From Emiliania huxleyi CCMP1516 (Eukaryota): 64,000 nt of DNA. Under the pieces are notes generated by a model. That model saw only the letters and a program-made list of their open reading frames with translations. It was not told the DNA's origin and ran no database searches. This document shows positions 10,952 to 26,360 of the stretch, one piece after another; positions within the stretch are counted from its first letter, which is position 1; the number at the start of each line of letters is the position of its first letter. Both the position numbers and the translations under genes were made by a program. The DNA is taken from assembly GCF_000372725.1 (NCBI RefSeq), contig NW_005201381.1, positions 183,953-247,952 of the forward strand, in the 5' to 3' direction.

Positions 10952-11973
10952 TCAGCTCTTCCGCTCGACGGTGCGCACGCCGTTTTTGTCGACCACCTTG
11001 ATGGTGAAGTTCGGCATTGAGATCATGAAGCGGGTCTGCACCTCCTTGAAGCAGCGCTCGAGCAGCTCGAGCCCTTGCTCCTCGGTGAGGTCGGCGCGCC
11101 AGTGCGTGTCGAGCAGGCTGCGCGGGGAGAGCGGGGCGCGGCTGAGGGGGGCCGGGCGGCGGCCAGTGGTGTGTGCAGAGGTCGAGTAGGGCAAGGCGGA
11201 GGGCAAGGCGGAGGGCGGAGAGCGGAATGCGGAGGGGCGGGGAGGGGGGGGAGGGGCTCCCGCCCTCGACGGTGGCTGAGCCGTGGGGCGCAACGTGCCG
11301 CGGCCACGGCGCAGGATGGCAGCGCCATCGACGAGCTCGATGTGGCGGCAAGCGGGGCTCCCGGGCAAGAGTTGCGCGCGCGCGTGTGGTGTTCGCGGCG
11401 CAGCGCCTGTTGCAAAAGAAGCCTCCGTAGCCGTGCGAGGCATAGTCGAGCTTCTGCATGGAGGCGAGGTAGTCGAGGAAGTAGAGCGAGGGGCCCACGC
11501 CCTCGTCGTACCCGACCAGCAGCATGTCGACCTGCGTGCGTGGGATGGGGGGAGAGGGCACTGGGCGGGCAGGGGGTTGGCTGTTTTCGGCTCGAGCAGC
11601 GGCGCCTGCGACATGGCGCGCCGCAGGTTGTACGACTTCTCGCCGCGGATGTAGTTGGCGGCGGCGTGAGTCGTGAGTTGGACGCCGTTGCGCATCGCGT
11701 AGAGCGTCATGTTTTTCTGAATATACTCGGGCTCCTGTGTAGGGCGGGGGGCCAAACTGCGCTGGCGGCGGCGGTTGCCAGCCTAGGGGATTGAGAAGGG
11801 TGGAGCGCCTGGATGCAGTCGGCCGCGTCGCCGCCAACAGCGAGCAGCTTGTGCGAGTCGAGCTCGCGGATTTTGTCCAGCTGCTGCGAGTAAACCATGA
11901 TGGAGCGCGCCGCGTTGGCGTCGGCGGCGATGATGGCATAATCCTTGCCGGTGAAGCCAATCAGGAAGTCCAT
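10952..11973 (-). CDS. PSMB2: 20S proteasome subunit beta type-2 (Pre1-like), 4 exons with three GC-AG introns
   Basis: MDFLIGFTGKDYAIIAAD, EYIQKNMTLYAMRNG, GPSLYFLDYLAS, HGYGGFF, FTIKVVDKNGVR. Confidence 0.93.
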
Positions 11974-12587
11974 GCCTGCGCGGGAGGGCGGGGGATGGGA
12001 GGTCGCGATCGGAATCGCATACGCCTGGGAATTCGCGCGCGCGACGCCTGTCGACCCGAGCGCGGCCGCCCTGTATCGAGACAGCGCCGCTGCGAGTTCT
12101 TTTTCCCCGCTCGAATTCTTTTTATGTCCAGTGGACAGCAACTCGGAACGTATCCCCACATTGTTTGGAGAGCCGCCGCGGCGCGCGGGTGGAGTCCTTA
12201 TGTCGGAGATCTCTCGGGACGACTCGGGTTTGAGCTCTTTTGCGTTTTGGTTGTTGCTTGTTCACCGGATTGCGCAGACCAAATCTATGCACTATGGATA
12301 GTAAACAAAGTCTCCCGAAACGCGTGCGCTGCTCGCAACGCACAACGGGGCCCTCTACACATGCATATGCGAGACGGGGGCAGGGGCGAGCGCGCGAGTG
12401 CCGAGTCCCTCCCCGCTCGCAACGCGACGATCCGCGGAAGTGGGAAGACGGAGAGGCGCAAGAGGCGCGCACAGAGGGCGGCCTCCACAGTAGTACGTCT
12501 CGTGTCGGACGGGGTCCTTCGCCGCCGGCATCCTCGCCCGGGGGGGGGGGGCGGGACGCCCTAGATAGCGCGCGCCAGTCCGCGCCG

Positions 12588-15281
12588 CTAGTGCACCTCG
12601 AAGAGGCCCGCCTCGACCAGCTCGTGGAAGGCGGCGTAGTCGCGTCGCAGCACCTCGAGCGACTCGTGCTGCAGGTTCACGTTGCCCGACGCGGAGCACG
12701 CGTCGATCGTTTTTGCGATTGGCTGGCCGACCGACACCATGACGCACGCCGACTTGAAAGAGGACAGTCGCGTGATGGCGAGCCAGCGCTCCTCGTTGAT
12801 GCTCTTGAGCACCCCGGCGACCGGCGAGCGCAGCTTCGCCTCCATCACGTGCACCGAAAAGTCGCTCGGCACGACGGGCAAGTCCGCAAACGCCGCCGGG
12901 TCGAGGTAGCAATCGAGCATCGCCGTGACGGCCGAGTAGCCAAGCGCCGCCTCCGCCATCGGAGCCTGCGTCGACGAGCACACACACACCAGAGTCAGGG
13001 CGGGAAGTACCCGGACGGCCTCGTGCTGTGTAATCGCGCGGATCGCGTGAACGCACGGGCTAAGTGAGTACAGTTGCAGCCAGGTCACGTGTCCTCCTCC
13101 AGTGCTAGCCGGGAGGCACGGGTCCAGTGCTAGCCGGGAGGCACGGGTCCAGTGCTAGCCGGGAGGCACGGGTCCAGTGCTAGCCGGGAGGCACGGGTCG
13201 TGTATTCCGCATTTAGGCATCGGAGCCCATGTGCCCTCGCCGCCGTGGATGCGGCAGTTCACCTCCACCAGCACCGGACCACGCTCCACCAGCATAATCT
13301 CGGTGTGGCAACAGCCGTGACGGATGCCGAGGGCGTCGAGCACGCTGGCTGTGTACCCCACCATCTCGGCCAGCCTCGGCTCGGAGTCGATGGCGAGCAG
13401 CTGCATGCCATAGTAGACGACGGGGGCGCCGTTGTAGACGCGCTTGTCGTACTTCCAGAGCGCGACGCACTTGTGCACGCCGTCGCGCGACACCGTGTCG
13501 ACGACGTACTCGTCGCCCGCGAGGTACTCTTGCAGCAGCACGCTGTAGTTGGTCAGGCCGAGCACGTTCTTCGTGCCTTCGAGCGCGCGGTACGCGGCGA
13601 CGACGCCTGCGGGAGATTGCCGAGATCTGGCCGAGGTGCGGCCGAGGTGCGGCCGAGGTGCGGCCGAGGTGTGGCCGAGGTGTGGCCGAGGTCATCTCCT
13701 CCTCCGCCACCTTTGCAGAGGTGTGGCGTGGAAGCGCTTGCACCTCGGACGGATCTCGGCATGATCTCCGGCCGAATCTCGGCATGAGCTCGGCATGAGC
13801 TCGGCATGAGCTCGGCATGATCTCTCTCGTAGAGGTCGCGCCGTCGCGCGAGTCGCAGATCGATACGCCGTCCGAGCCGGCCCCCTCTACCGGCTTGACA
13901 ACGGCGCGGTAAGGCGACGGGCTCCACGCTGCCAGAAACGCCTCGACGCCCTCGATGCTGTCGACTTGCATCTGGAAGGGCGCCTAGGAAAGGGGGGGGG
14001 GGGTAGTAAGAGGGCAGAGGATTGAGTCCCAGAGTCGCCGCCGGGGAGGAGGTGTCTGCAGAGCGTCTGGCCAGGGGCTTGCGAGGGAGTAGCGAGGGAG
14101 GCGCCTCCAGCCCCGCAGACCGCACCGCCTCCGCCTGCGGGAAGAGGAGGAGAGGAGGGGAGGAGAGGAGACGTGAGGAGCAAGAGGTGGGGCGGTGGCG
14201 GCGAGGAGGACGGGAAGCGCGGCGGTGGCGGAGAGGAGGAGAGGCAGCGGCAGCAGCACCACACGCCTGCGCGTACTTGTTGCGCCTCAGACCAGACTTG
14301 AGCGTCCCGTTGCCAGGCAGCTGCAGCGCCTCCGCGAGCGCGTCGCCGAGAGACACGCCCGTCTCACACCCGACGATACACGCTACCACGTTGGCTCCGA
14401 TCGCGCGCACCGCCGCCGCCGTCTTGGCCACCTGCACGGGGCAATCACGGGGTTGCCACCACGGGGCCATCACAGTCGTGGGCGGAGGCTTCTCGCCGCT
14501 GCGACTGTTGCCCGTCGCAGCGGGCTGTGGCGTAGGGTTCGAGCTGTGCAGTGGCGGACTGGTCGCAAGGCTGAGAGATGCGGAGGTAGGAGCGGCAGCA
14601 CACACCTCTCCCACCTCATGGGAGAGGACGCCCGCATGGCTTATGCCCATCCCGTGCGCGACAAAGCCCTTGAGCTCCTCTGGGATCGACTCGGACCACA
14701 CGCAAATCACCTGCGGGCGGGCACTGACGCCTTGGACACGCGCTCGGGCGGCGGCGGCGCTGAAGGCAGGGGGGTTGGCGGGTGTGCAGGCGGCGGCGCT
14801 GCTGCGCTGCGGGTGCTGCAACCAGCTCATCGCCAGTCAATCTCACGCAGCTTCCGGAGCCTACTGGCTCCCTCACCTGTAGGCCCATGCGGTGGACAGC
14901 CTGGTGCGCCACCACCGCGCCAGTCGAGACAGGGTCGACCACCACCACGGCATCCGCGCCGGGCACCGACAAACCGGCCTCGGCGGCCTTGGCCACCTCA
15001 AGCGCACTCGCGCGCCTCACCGTCGGAACGAGCTCGTACGTCTGCGCGGTTGGGAGGGAGGAGGAGACTGCGAGGGGCAGACCGCCCTTCTCGCACAGCA
15101 GGTACTCGGTCTCGATGCCGATGCGGCACGCGGTGCGCAGCAATTTATCGAGTGCAGAGTCGGGACAGTTGTCGTACCAAGCGACCCGCCGCAGCGGCGC
15201 GTTGCCACATCTCAGCTGCATCCACTTGCGCTGTGGGCCATTGTTCACCACTGGCGTGGGAGATTCTTTCACCTTCCGCAT
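12588..15281 (-). CDS. ATP-grasp ligase of the L-amino-acid ligase / NikS-DdaF type (spliced; start approximate)
   Basis: VVVVDPVSTG, GCETGVSLGDALAEAL, RRNKYAQ, VVKPVEGAGSDGV, LLQEYLAGDEYVVDTVS, HTEIML, VLVEVNCRIHGG. Confidence 0.82.
12966..13226 (-). mobile_element. Introner-like intron in ATP-grasp gene (261 nt including four copies of a 25-bp repeat at 13099-13198)
   Basis: First 9 nt GCTCCGATG identical to next exon start; then CCTAAAT; 3' end closely matches thiolase intron 16617-16862. Confidence 0.75.
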
Positions 15282-16348
15282 GAGTTGGCGAAGTGCACGC
15301 GTGGCCGATGGGGAGGATGGGTACGATCCGATGGGCACGATCCGGTTGCGACCCGTTCGCGGTTTCTTCTTCGCCGAGAACCTCGGAGACTGTGTGAAGA
15401 GCTACAAGAAGAGCTTTTCAGCATGACCAGGGGCAGGGCCGGAGGGCCGAGCAGTTTCCCCACTTGTTTCTCTCTCTCCTGTGTTAGTGCCAGTGCGCGT
15501 CAGTCCCGTGCCCAGTGTCGTGCGAGGCCGAGCGAGGGAGGGAGTTTTGTTGTAGAATTCTCTCTCTCTTTCTTCCTCAATGAAAAACAATGCCCGATGG
15601 GTGATGGGTGGGTGGGCTTCAGACCTCGATCGACGCCCTGGGGATGTATGTACATGTAGGATTCCTATATGCTATAACGGACCCGTCACCTTCGGCTCGT
15701 GTGGATTCGAACCACTGCCGCGGGATTGATGCTTACTGGCTTCCATCTGAACGGAAGTACCTATTCTAGGATGCGCACATCGCTCATCGGATCTCTCTGT
15801 CGAGATGGGGGGTCGCCGCCCCTGACCGCTGACGCCGCCCGCCGCGGCGCGCCCTGAAACCTACTAGTACGGCTCTCTACATCAAACATAAACTCATATA
15901 TAAAGCTGCTGAGCCAGGATGACAGCGAGCGATGCGTGCCGATGACGGACTCGCCATCATGTCTGGTGTGTGGGCACGCGCGGGGACGCGGCGGGCCCGC
16001 GGGACGGCCGGACGCGCGCGGACGGCGGACGACGGAAATCGTGTGAAATCTGGAGACGCGGCGACAACCTCGACTATCTTTCACCGTGTGCTGACCGTGT
16101 GAGTGTGAGACGATGATGACGCGCATATGGGGAGGGGAGGCATTCTGAGTGAGTATTAAACTTGGAGCACTTGGAGTAAAAACGCGCTGTGAGTTATTCA
16201 CAAGTAATTTCAATAAAAAACGAGAGGCAAGAGCGCACCTCGCGCCAAGCCCACAATCCGTCTCTTTTCTCTGCTCGCAAGCAGCGCGAGCCGCCTGCGG
16301 CAACGGCTCGTCGCCGACCAGCGCACGCGCTCTCCTCTCCCACTAGCT

Positions 16349-19085
<2,737 letters not shown>

Positions 19086-19832
19086 TAGTGTCAGGAGACT
19101 CCGTGCACGGCCGCCAAGTAAGTGATCACGCTCTTAGTGAGCCCGCGCACAACATTTTTTTAAAGTGTATGTAGCTGTAGGTAGGTCTTACGAACATACC
19201 CGAGGGGTGAACTGCTGACAGGGTTTGCGATGAGAAGCGATCCGAACGTGGCATTCGGGTGATTAGATCACTACCGCCGTAACGCAAGAGCACTGCGACG
19301 GATCGGGCTCATGCTAGCATCCACCTCGCGGGCCCGATGTTCTGGCCCAGCGACGCAGCGAGGCTGCTGCGGAGCACTCGCGGGCCGACTTTCTGGCCCA
19401 GCGAGGCCGCTGCGGGACACACCCCGGCGGCTCGGTTCGCTCCTCAACGCAAACTCGGTCGAGCAAGAGGTCAAGGTGTGTGTGTGTAAAGGCGGCGCGG
19501 CACGGTAAGACTAAGAGTCGGCGGTCGGGCGCGCGGCGCGGCGGCAACAGACGGCAAGCAGGGCATCGGACGGCGGGACATTTTGCCTCCATGCTCCGAG
19601 CCTGGCTGTCCATTCGAGCCTGGCTGTTCATTCACCTTCCTACCGTAATCTAACAATGGCGGTTAGCTGTTAACAGCTAGGGTAGGCCTAGGCCGAATGA
19701 TTTTCCTCGAATCATTCCGTGCCTGCCTGTTTGTGTAAGTTTCAACTTATCCGCGCGCCGGTGAGTGCGGCACCGGCGCGCGACCCGCCACTGACCGCTG
19801 CTGTGGCTGCCCGAACCAACGCCGGCCAGCTC

Positions 19833-22800
19833 TCAGCGCCCTGGTCTGTAGGTGCTTGTCCCCCCTCCGCCATAGCTGCCCGAAGAACGGCCCAAGGCAC
19901 CAGAGATGAGCCGCTTCGGCGCGGAGCTGAAGCGCGCCTCCATGCTGCGCGTGGCTGCCGCCGCGTCACGCGAGAACTGCGGCTGGTCGTGCTTCGAGAG
20001 CGTCGGCTGCGGGAGTATCTGCCCCCTCAGCAGCCGCGGGAGGTGTGCCTGCTTGGCGGGGGGGTCAAAGGAGACCCCCACCGTGGCGCAAGCGGGTATC
20101 GGCGGCAAGTTGTATTCCGCGCCGCCTACAGGAGCCACGGCGCAATCTCAAGACTCGCGGGGAGCCGGGGGGGGGGGGTTGGACGCGTCGCACCCGGTGG
20201 CGGCGGGAGCGCCTCTCCGGCTTGGCGGCGCGACGCCGCGCTCGCACGCACAAACCCGCCAAAACCGAGCGACTCCGCCGCAGCAGCATCCAAGCGCACC
20301 GGCGGCGCGCTGACTGGCGCCGCGGCAACGGCGGCGCAGATGGCGCCAATGGGCTGGGCGGAGGAGACAAAGAGGAGAGCGTCGCCGTGCCTGTCGCGAT
20401 CCGCCTGCAGACAACGTACCGCATGGCGATCAGAGGGGCAATTCATGGCCGTGCGCGCCCCGACGCCTCGGCTCGTTCCGCCTCCTCCGCCGTCAGCGTC
20501 GCGCGCACCGGCGCCAGCGTGGCGCGCAGCCGCGGCGCGTCGATGAACGGGAGCAGCGCGATGGCCTGCCACGCGTACTTTTTCCCGTTGAGGTCGTCGG
20601 CAAAGTCGATCGGGTAAAAGTCGATGATTGGCGAGTCGGCGTCCACCATCAGTTGCCTAGCGGGTGGTGATCAGTTGCCTAGCGGGTGGTGACGGGCGTG
20701 TCGCGGGCGCGCCATGCGGCGCCCACACAAGTGTCGTCCTCGGCTGCCGGTGCGCGGCTAATCTCGGCTAGTCTCGGCTCATCTCGGCTCATCTCGGCTA
20801 GTCTCGGCTGCCGGTACGCGGCGGGCAGCGCGTGGCCCGACGCGGGAGGGAAGACGGACATCAGCTGCTCGAAGGGGGAGAAGGCGGCTCCCTCCTCGAA
20901 GGCGCCGCCTAAGAGAGGAGGGCGGGGAGGGTGCGAAGAGAGGAGTGGCAAGGTCCCCCCTCCTCTCCCCGCCTGCGAAGTCGGCGAGGTCGACGAGGTC
21001 CGAGGCGCAGGGCGCGTAGTGGAAGGGGAAGTACCACCCCCAGTCCTGCACCCCTTGGTAGTAGTACATGAGCACCCAGCACAGCCCCTGCACGTAGTGC
21101 GCAACGACGGAGCGGCGCGCGGCCTCGTCCTGCCGCGGCATCTGGAGCTTGGACGAATAGTACCGCTCCTTCCAGTCCCTCTGGCCGTACCGGACGGTAT
21201 CCACCTGCGCATACTCCTCCGCCTAGCAGAGACATGCCGCTCTGTTGTCAGGCACAAGTCGGGAACCGTCCACCCGCCGGCCCGAAACTCGGCCGCCTGC
21301 CGCGCCTCCAGCAGCTTCTGCACCCGCGCCTTGCAATCGTCCGGCTCGGAAATGAGCAGAGATTCGCCGAGATTCGCCGAGATTCGCCGAGATTCGCGCC
21401 TTGTAGTCGTCCGGCGCGGCCGCCTCGCCGCCCTGCGCGGCAGCCGACGCGGCGGCCGACGCAGCAACGCCTGGCGGCTTCTTCTTGGCCAACCGAATCT
21501 CGACGGCGCCGTCTCCCGTGTTGGTCGAGGTGCAGCCGTGGAGTGTGGCGTACAAGTGAGCCGAAGCCTAGCAGAGAGAGGTGCGAAGACGAGATCTAGC
21601 CGCCGCGGGTCGTGGCGCGCACGTACAGGCGGGCCGTCGGCCTTGAGGAAGCCCGAGAGGCCTCTCAGCGGCAGCGGGTCGGCGGCGACGCGGCGCGCAG
21701 ACGCCGCATACGCCGCGACCGCGTCGTGCAGCTCCTGATCATCAGTCATGCATACTCAGTCCTCAATCCTTGACACGCCGCGACCGCGCCGTGCAGCTCC
21801 TGCTGCCGCCTCTCCTTGGGCGGGTAGAGGCCGCCAAAGGCGCCCGCCTCGACGGCGCCCCCGCTGGCAACCTTGCGCGCCGCCTCTGCGCGCGCGCGCC
21901 CCTCCTCGCGCCGGCGCGCGCGCTCGAAGATCTCGTCCTACTCTCGACTGCCTCTTGTGAGACCGCGGCGGCCCCTCGCCCTCTCTCTGCCTCTCGCCCG
22001 CTCGAACGGCTCGTCCTCGTACGAAGAAACCTCGCGCAGCAGCACCTCCGTGCGCGGCAAGTGCACTCGCCCTGCGTCGGTGAGGTACCCGCCAAGCTGC
22101 GGCATCAGCCGCTTGTACGCGAGGATCAGCATGTCGATCGCGCCTAGACACGAGAGTGTGGCCAGAGTGGAATAGACAGGCGCGGAATCTCGAGCCCGGC
22201 GGTGACGGCGTGGCTGTGTGTGGCGGTGTGGCGGTGTGACTGCGCGACTGTGTCCGGTGTGTGTGGCTGTCCGGTGTGTGTGGCTGTGTGTGGCGATGTG
22301 TGGTTGTGTGTGGCGCTGCGCGCTGCAGGTGTGTTGGAGCGGGTCCGGCGCGGTCTATAGTCGCGCCGTCGCGGATCTCGAGGGCAGGGATGTGCTAAGT
22401 AGTGGTTGATTAGTGGTTAATTCGTGGTTGATTAGTAGTCGCGCCGTCGCGGATCTCGAGGGCAGGGATGTGCTAAGTAGTGGTTGATTAGTGGTTAATT
22501 CGTGGTTAATTCGTGGTTGATTAGTAGTCGCGCCGTCGCGGATCTCGAGGGCGGGGATGTGCGGCAGGAAGTCGTTGCCGACGAAGAAGCAGAGAAAGAC
22601 AAAATCGTCGACCACGCGCTCGAGGTCAAAGCCGCCCGGCACGGCGCCAAACAAGTTCTCGTCCGCGCCGCCAAACTCCTTGCACAAGTACTCGCGCAGC
22701 ACCCAGATTTGCAGCATCTGCAGCTTTGGCGGGCCGATCACGGCGCCGTTGGCGCGCGCCTCTTGCTGCTTGGCCTGCGCCTTGCGGTCCAGCACCACCT

Positions 22801-23317
22801 CGCGCGGGACAAGAGTAGCCATGATCAGCCGAGAGGAGCCGAGAGTAGCCGAGAGTACGGCCCAGCGGCGCGAGGTGAAGTGCGGCTCAACAGAGTCGAC
22901 TGCTGGGCTCCTCGCGGACTGCTGCTCCTCACCTCGCGCAGGATGGTGAAGTGCGGCTCGTGCGTCGCCAGGGCGAGCATGATCAGATCCGCGTCCAGCC
23001 CGTGGATGACATGCCGTGAGTTTGGCTCGTAGCCGTCGAGTCTGCGCTGGTCCCGGATGTGCTCCATGATCTTGTGCTCGCCCTCGCCCGGAACCGTCGC
23101 GTCCGAAAGGATGACCTAAGTGAAGGTGAGGTGAGGTGTCTCCCCACGTACTCTCACGTGGGGCAAGGTCCCAGGCAACCCCTCGCGACTCCGTCTCAGA
23201 TCAGGCGCCCACACGGCATTGAAAGTGCAAGGCCCGGTGCGCGTGGGTGAGCGGTGCGTGCGTGTGTGTGTGAGTGAGTGGATGTGCGTATCTGCGTGTG
23301 TGTGTGAGTTGTGTGAG

Positions 23318-23358
<41 letters not shown>

Positions 23359-24176
23359 TGTGTGTGCGAGGAGGACCTTGATGCCGCGCCACGCCTCGCA
23401 CGAGTGGATGCGCGCCTGCACGTAGTACTGCAGCCAGCTGGCGAGTCGCGCCTAGTCTCGCCCGATCTCGGCTGATCTCGGCTGATCTCCACAATCTCCT
23501 GCGGCTGGCGCGCGACGCGCGCCATGAAGGCGGTGCCAGGGGTGATGACGTTGGAGTCGAAGCCTCCTCCCTCGGAGGATGGCGGCTCACGCCCGGCGGC
23601 CCGCAGCTCGGCGTTCAGCTCCTCCTCCACCGCCGCCTTCTCCGCCCGCTCCTTGGCTGCCTTGAAGCGGCGCGATCGCTGCTGGTTCATCTTTGCGCGC
23701 GGCGCCGGGCCGTCGATGGCGAGGTAGAGGAGCTTGCGCGGCCGGATGACGGAGAAGATGCGATCGATGTACTCGAAGATGAGCACAAACATCGCCTGTG
23801 CGCACGCGTGAGTCGGGAGTGGCGTGGCCGCTGGCAGCGCGGCCGGGCCCTGGCTGCGGGCGGGCGCTTGGCGCCTCCTCCGTCTTGGGCGCCTCCCGGC
23901 CCTCGGGATGGACGCACGGGTGGATGATGCCGTTCATATCGAGGTAGAGGTTGTCGAACTCCATCCCGTTTGGGTTGGGAGCCGAGAGGTCGAGCGCGGC
24001 GGGGTCGCTTTCGGCGGCGTCGACGATAATCTTTGGGTACTTCTCCGCGCACCAGCGGAAGAAGGCGGGGACGCCCACTGCGGCGGCGGCGCGAGCGAGT
24101 GGGCGGGGAGCGGGGAGGGAAGGGCGGAGGGTCGGGGAGTGGGGTGAGAAGGTGGCGGGCTGGGCAGTAGCGCACT
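19833..24176 (-). CDS. XRN2: 5'-3' exoribonuclease (XRN2/Rat1-like), many introns; ATG split by first intron; 3' end approximate
   Basis: [128 protein letters not shown]. Confidence 0.9.
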
Positions 24177-24283
24177 GGCAACGCCGCGGCGAGGGTATTT
24201 TCTTTTGCCATGTGCTGGCGGATGAATCGCGCCGGAACGCTCTTCATCGCCGCCTTCCAAATTTTTTTTATATTATTAAAATT

Positions 24284-24790
24284 ATGGCTCTTGGGTGTGC
24301 TCTCTTGCTCTCTGCGAGCTGCGGCTTCGTGCTGCCCGCCGCTCGTTTCCCGGCCGCCGTGCCCCCCCCGCGCTCCTCGCCGCCGGCCGCGAACCTGTTC
24401 GAGAATCTTTCCAAGATCGCCGAATACAACAAGAAGTACCTCGGCACAGCGTTTGCGGCACTCACAGACGACCGGAAGGCACGCGCCTCGCACATCCTCT
24501 TCGGGTTCAAGGAGAATGCTGAGGACGCGGAGGCGCGTGCGCGTGACGTGAAGTGCAAACTCGATAGCGGCGAGATCGAGTTTGAGAGCGCAGCCAGCAC
24601 GTACTCCAGTTGCCCGAGTGCCGCGCGTGGCGGCGACCTCGGCGAGTTCAAGCGCGGCGCGATGGTGCCAGAGTTCGACGAGGCGGTCTTCAGCCAAACG
24701 AGCGAGCAGCTCGGCCAAATCATCGGTCCGATCAAGACGCAGTTTGGCTGGCACATTATTCGTGTCGATGAGCGGTCCGAGGCGGCTTGA
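24284..24790 (+). CDS. Parvulin/PpiC peptidyl-prolyl isomerase, probably plastid-targeted, intronless
   Basis: RASHILF, YSSCPSAARGGDLGEF, MVPEFDEAVF, GPIKTQFGWHII; signal peptide ending SCG-F followed by a Pro/Ser/Arg-rich transit-like region. Confidence 0.92.
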   Translation: MALGCALLLSASCGFVLPAARFPAAVPPPRSSPPAANLFENLSKIAEYNKKYLGTAFAALTDDRKARASHILFGFKENAEDAEARARDVKCKLDSGEIEFESAASTYSSCPSAARGGDLGEFKRGAMVPEFDEAVFSQTSEQLGQIIGPIKTQFGWHIIRVDERSEAA

Positions 24791-25397
24791 GTTGCACTAG
24801 TAGAGCCGGAGCCGCATGAGTCTTGGTCAGGAGAAGTCGTCGGAGGAGTGGTCCCGTCCAGTGTCGCGCCTGATGCGCTCTGCTAAGGGGCCGGGGTCGT
24901 AGTCGTCGTGCTCGAGCGTCGGGAAGACAGCGACAGGTAATAAATAAATAAAACGCCACAGTCAAACACAAACGACAAAGCTCGACCACACCACAAAGAA
25001 CCCTGCACAAAGACCGCAGGGCGGGGACCTGTTCCTTTTTACCCATCTCCTAGTAGAGGTGTCCGTGCTATTTATTTATTTAAACACAAAGCTCAAACTC
25101 GCTCCCCAGAGCCCAAGCCTCCAAGTCAAACTCTAACATGGGTGTCATGGCATAGAATTTTCAGAGGTATTTACACAGTGAATGAGAGCGGCACAGTCAG
25201 AGCAGAGCTCGCGCGGCTCTAGCGTCTAGGCCCGCTAGCCGGAAGCCGCTAGCGCTCCCACGCGCTAGCGCCGCCGCTCGAGAGCAAAAGTCCACCACGG
25301 CGCTCGCAATAGCAACCGTGTCCGCGTCGTCCTCGTCCATGGACAGCTGCTCGCCAGCGGGGCCCTCTCCAGTGCACACTGCCTGCAGCAGGATGGA

Positions 25398-25500
25398 CAT
25401 GTGCATGCACATGTGAACATGTGTGCATGCACATGCACATGCACATGCACATGCACATGTACATGTACATGTTGTTGTTGTTGTTGTTGTGCATGTGCAT
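25398..25500. repeat. (CATGCA)n/(GTT)n compound microsatellite; a pure (CATGCA)n tract also at 29459-29531
   Basis: Direct inspection. Confidence 0.9.
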
Positions 25501-25894
25501 CACTGGGAGACGTCAGCGGTGATGGCGCTTCATTAGAACGGATCACATTGCGCAGCTGCTGTCCCTTCCCCGTCTCTCTCGTCGGCGGACGGCAGAGCGC
25601 TGCGCCCTCTCGCTCTGTCGAGCACGCTCTCGTGCTTCGTTGTGACCCACCACCACCCGTGTGCGTGATCAATCAGTGTCTACGGAGGGAGTGTCTTTGG
25701 CTCGCGCCAGGGCGCTCGTTGCTCCTCCGTTTCTTTGCATCTTCCGTAACTTGCGAATTCAGAAGACTGACCCACACACACCCGGAAGGTGACGGACGCG
25801 TCGTACGGTGATCTCAGGCCCAGTCAGTGAGGCAGTGCATGACCACTTCCTGATCATGCTGGAACAAGTTCCTTCCTCTTGCGTAACTCGTTAT

Positions 25895-25980
25895 GCTCGA
25901 TCGGTCACACCGCCATCACCGCCGACGTCTCCCTGGGAGATGATGGAGATGATGGAGGGGGGGGATGACACTGCTTCAGC
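25895..25980 (-). repeat. Dispersed repeat matching 34116-34195 (+) and partly 25500-25528 (+)
   Basis: Shared ..GGGAGACGTC(A/G)G..TGATGGCGGTGTGACCGATCGAGC. Confidence 0.7.
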
Positions 25981-26360
25981 AGCGTGTACCTCACGTTGTT
26001 TGTTAGACTGGACCCCCCCCCCCCAACCATTGAACACACCAGTGAGGGCGGGCGAGACGATCGAGGGTCCCGTAACATGCGGAATCGACCCTATCCCAGT
26101 GCAACAGTGCACAGACTGGGCCGGGAGTCGCCCAGCAGTTGCGGGAGGAGAAAACACACCAGTGAGGGAGGGCGAGACGATCGAGGGGTCCCGTACCATG
26201 CGGAATCGACCCTATCCAGTGCTCAAGTGCTCAAGTGGAGGAGAAAAAACTCAGCCGCTGCACCATGATGCAATCGGTAAGGCGGTCTGGCCAACATCCC
26301 TCGTCCGTCCCTCGTCGTCGTTGGCGTCATGCGACGCTGTCTCTCCCCGCTCGCGGACAA

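Noticed and set aside
15693..15725. tRNA T-arm/B-box-like GTGGTTCGAATCCAC on the minus strand
   Set aside because: No matching 5' acceptor stem, D-arm or anticodon arm found; at most a tRNA-derived fragment.
25197..25385. Possible terminal exon fragment on the minus strand
   Set aside because: No upstream exons identified; embedded in repeats.
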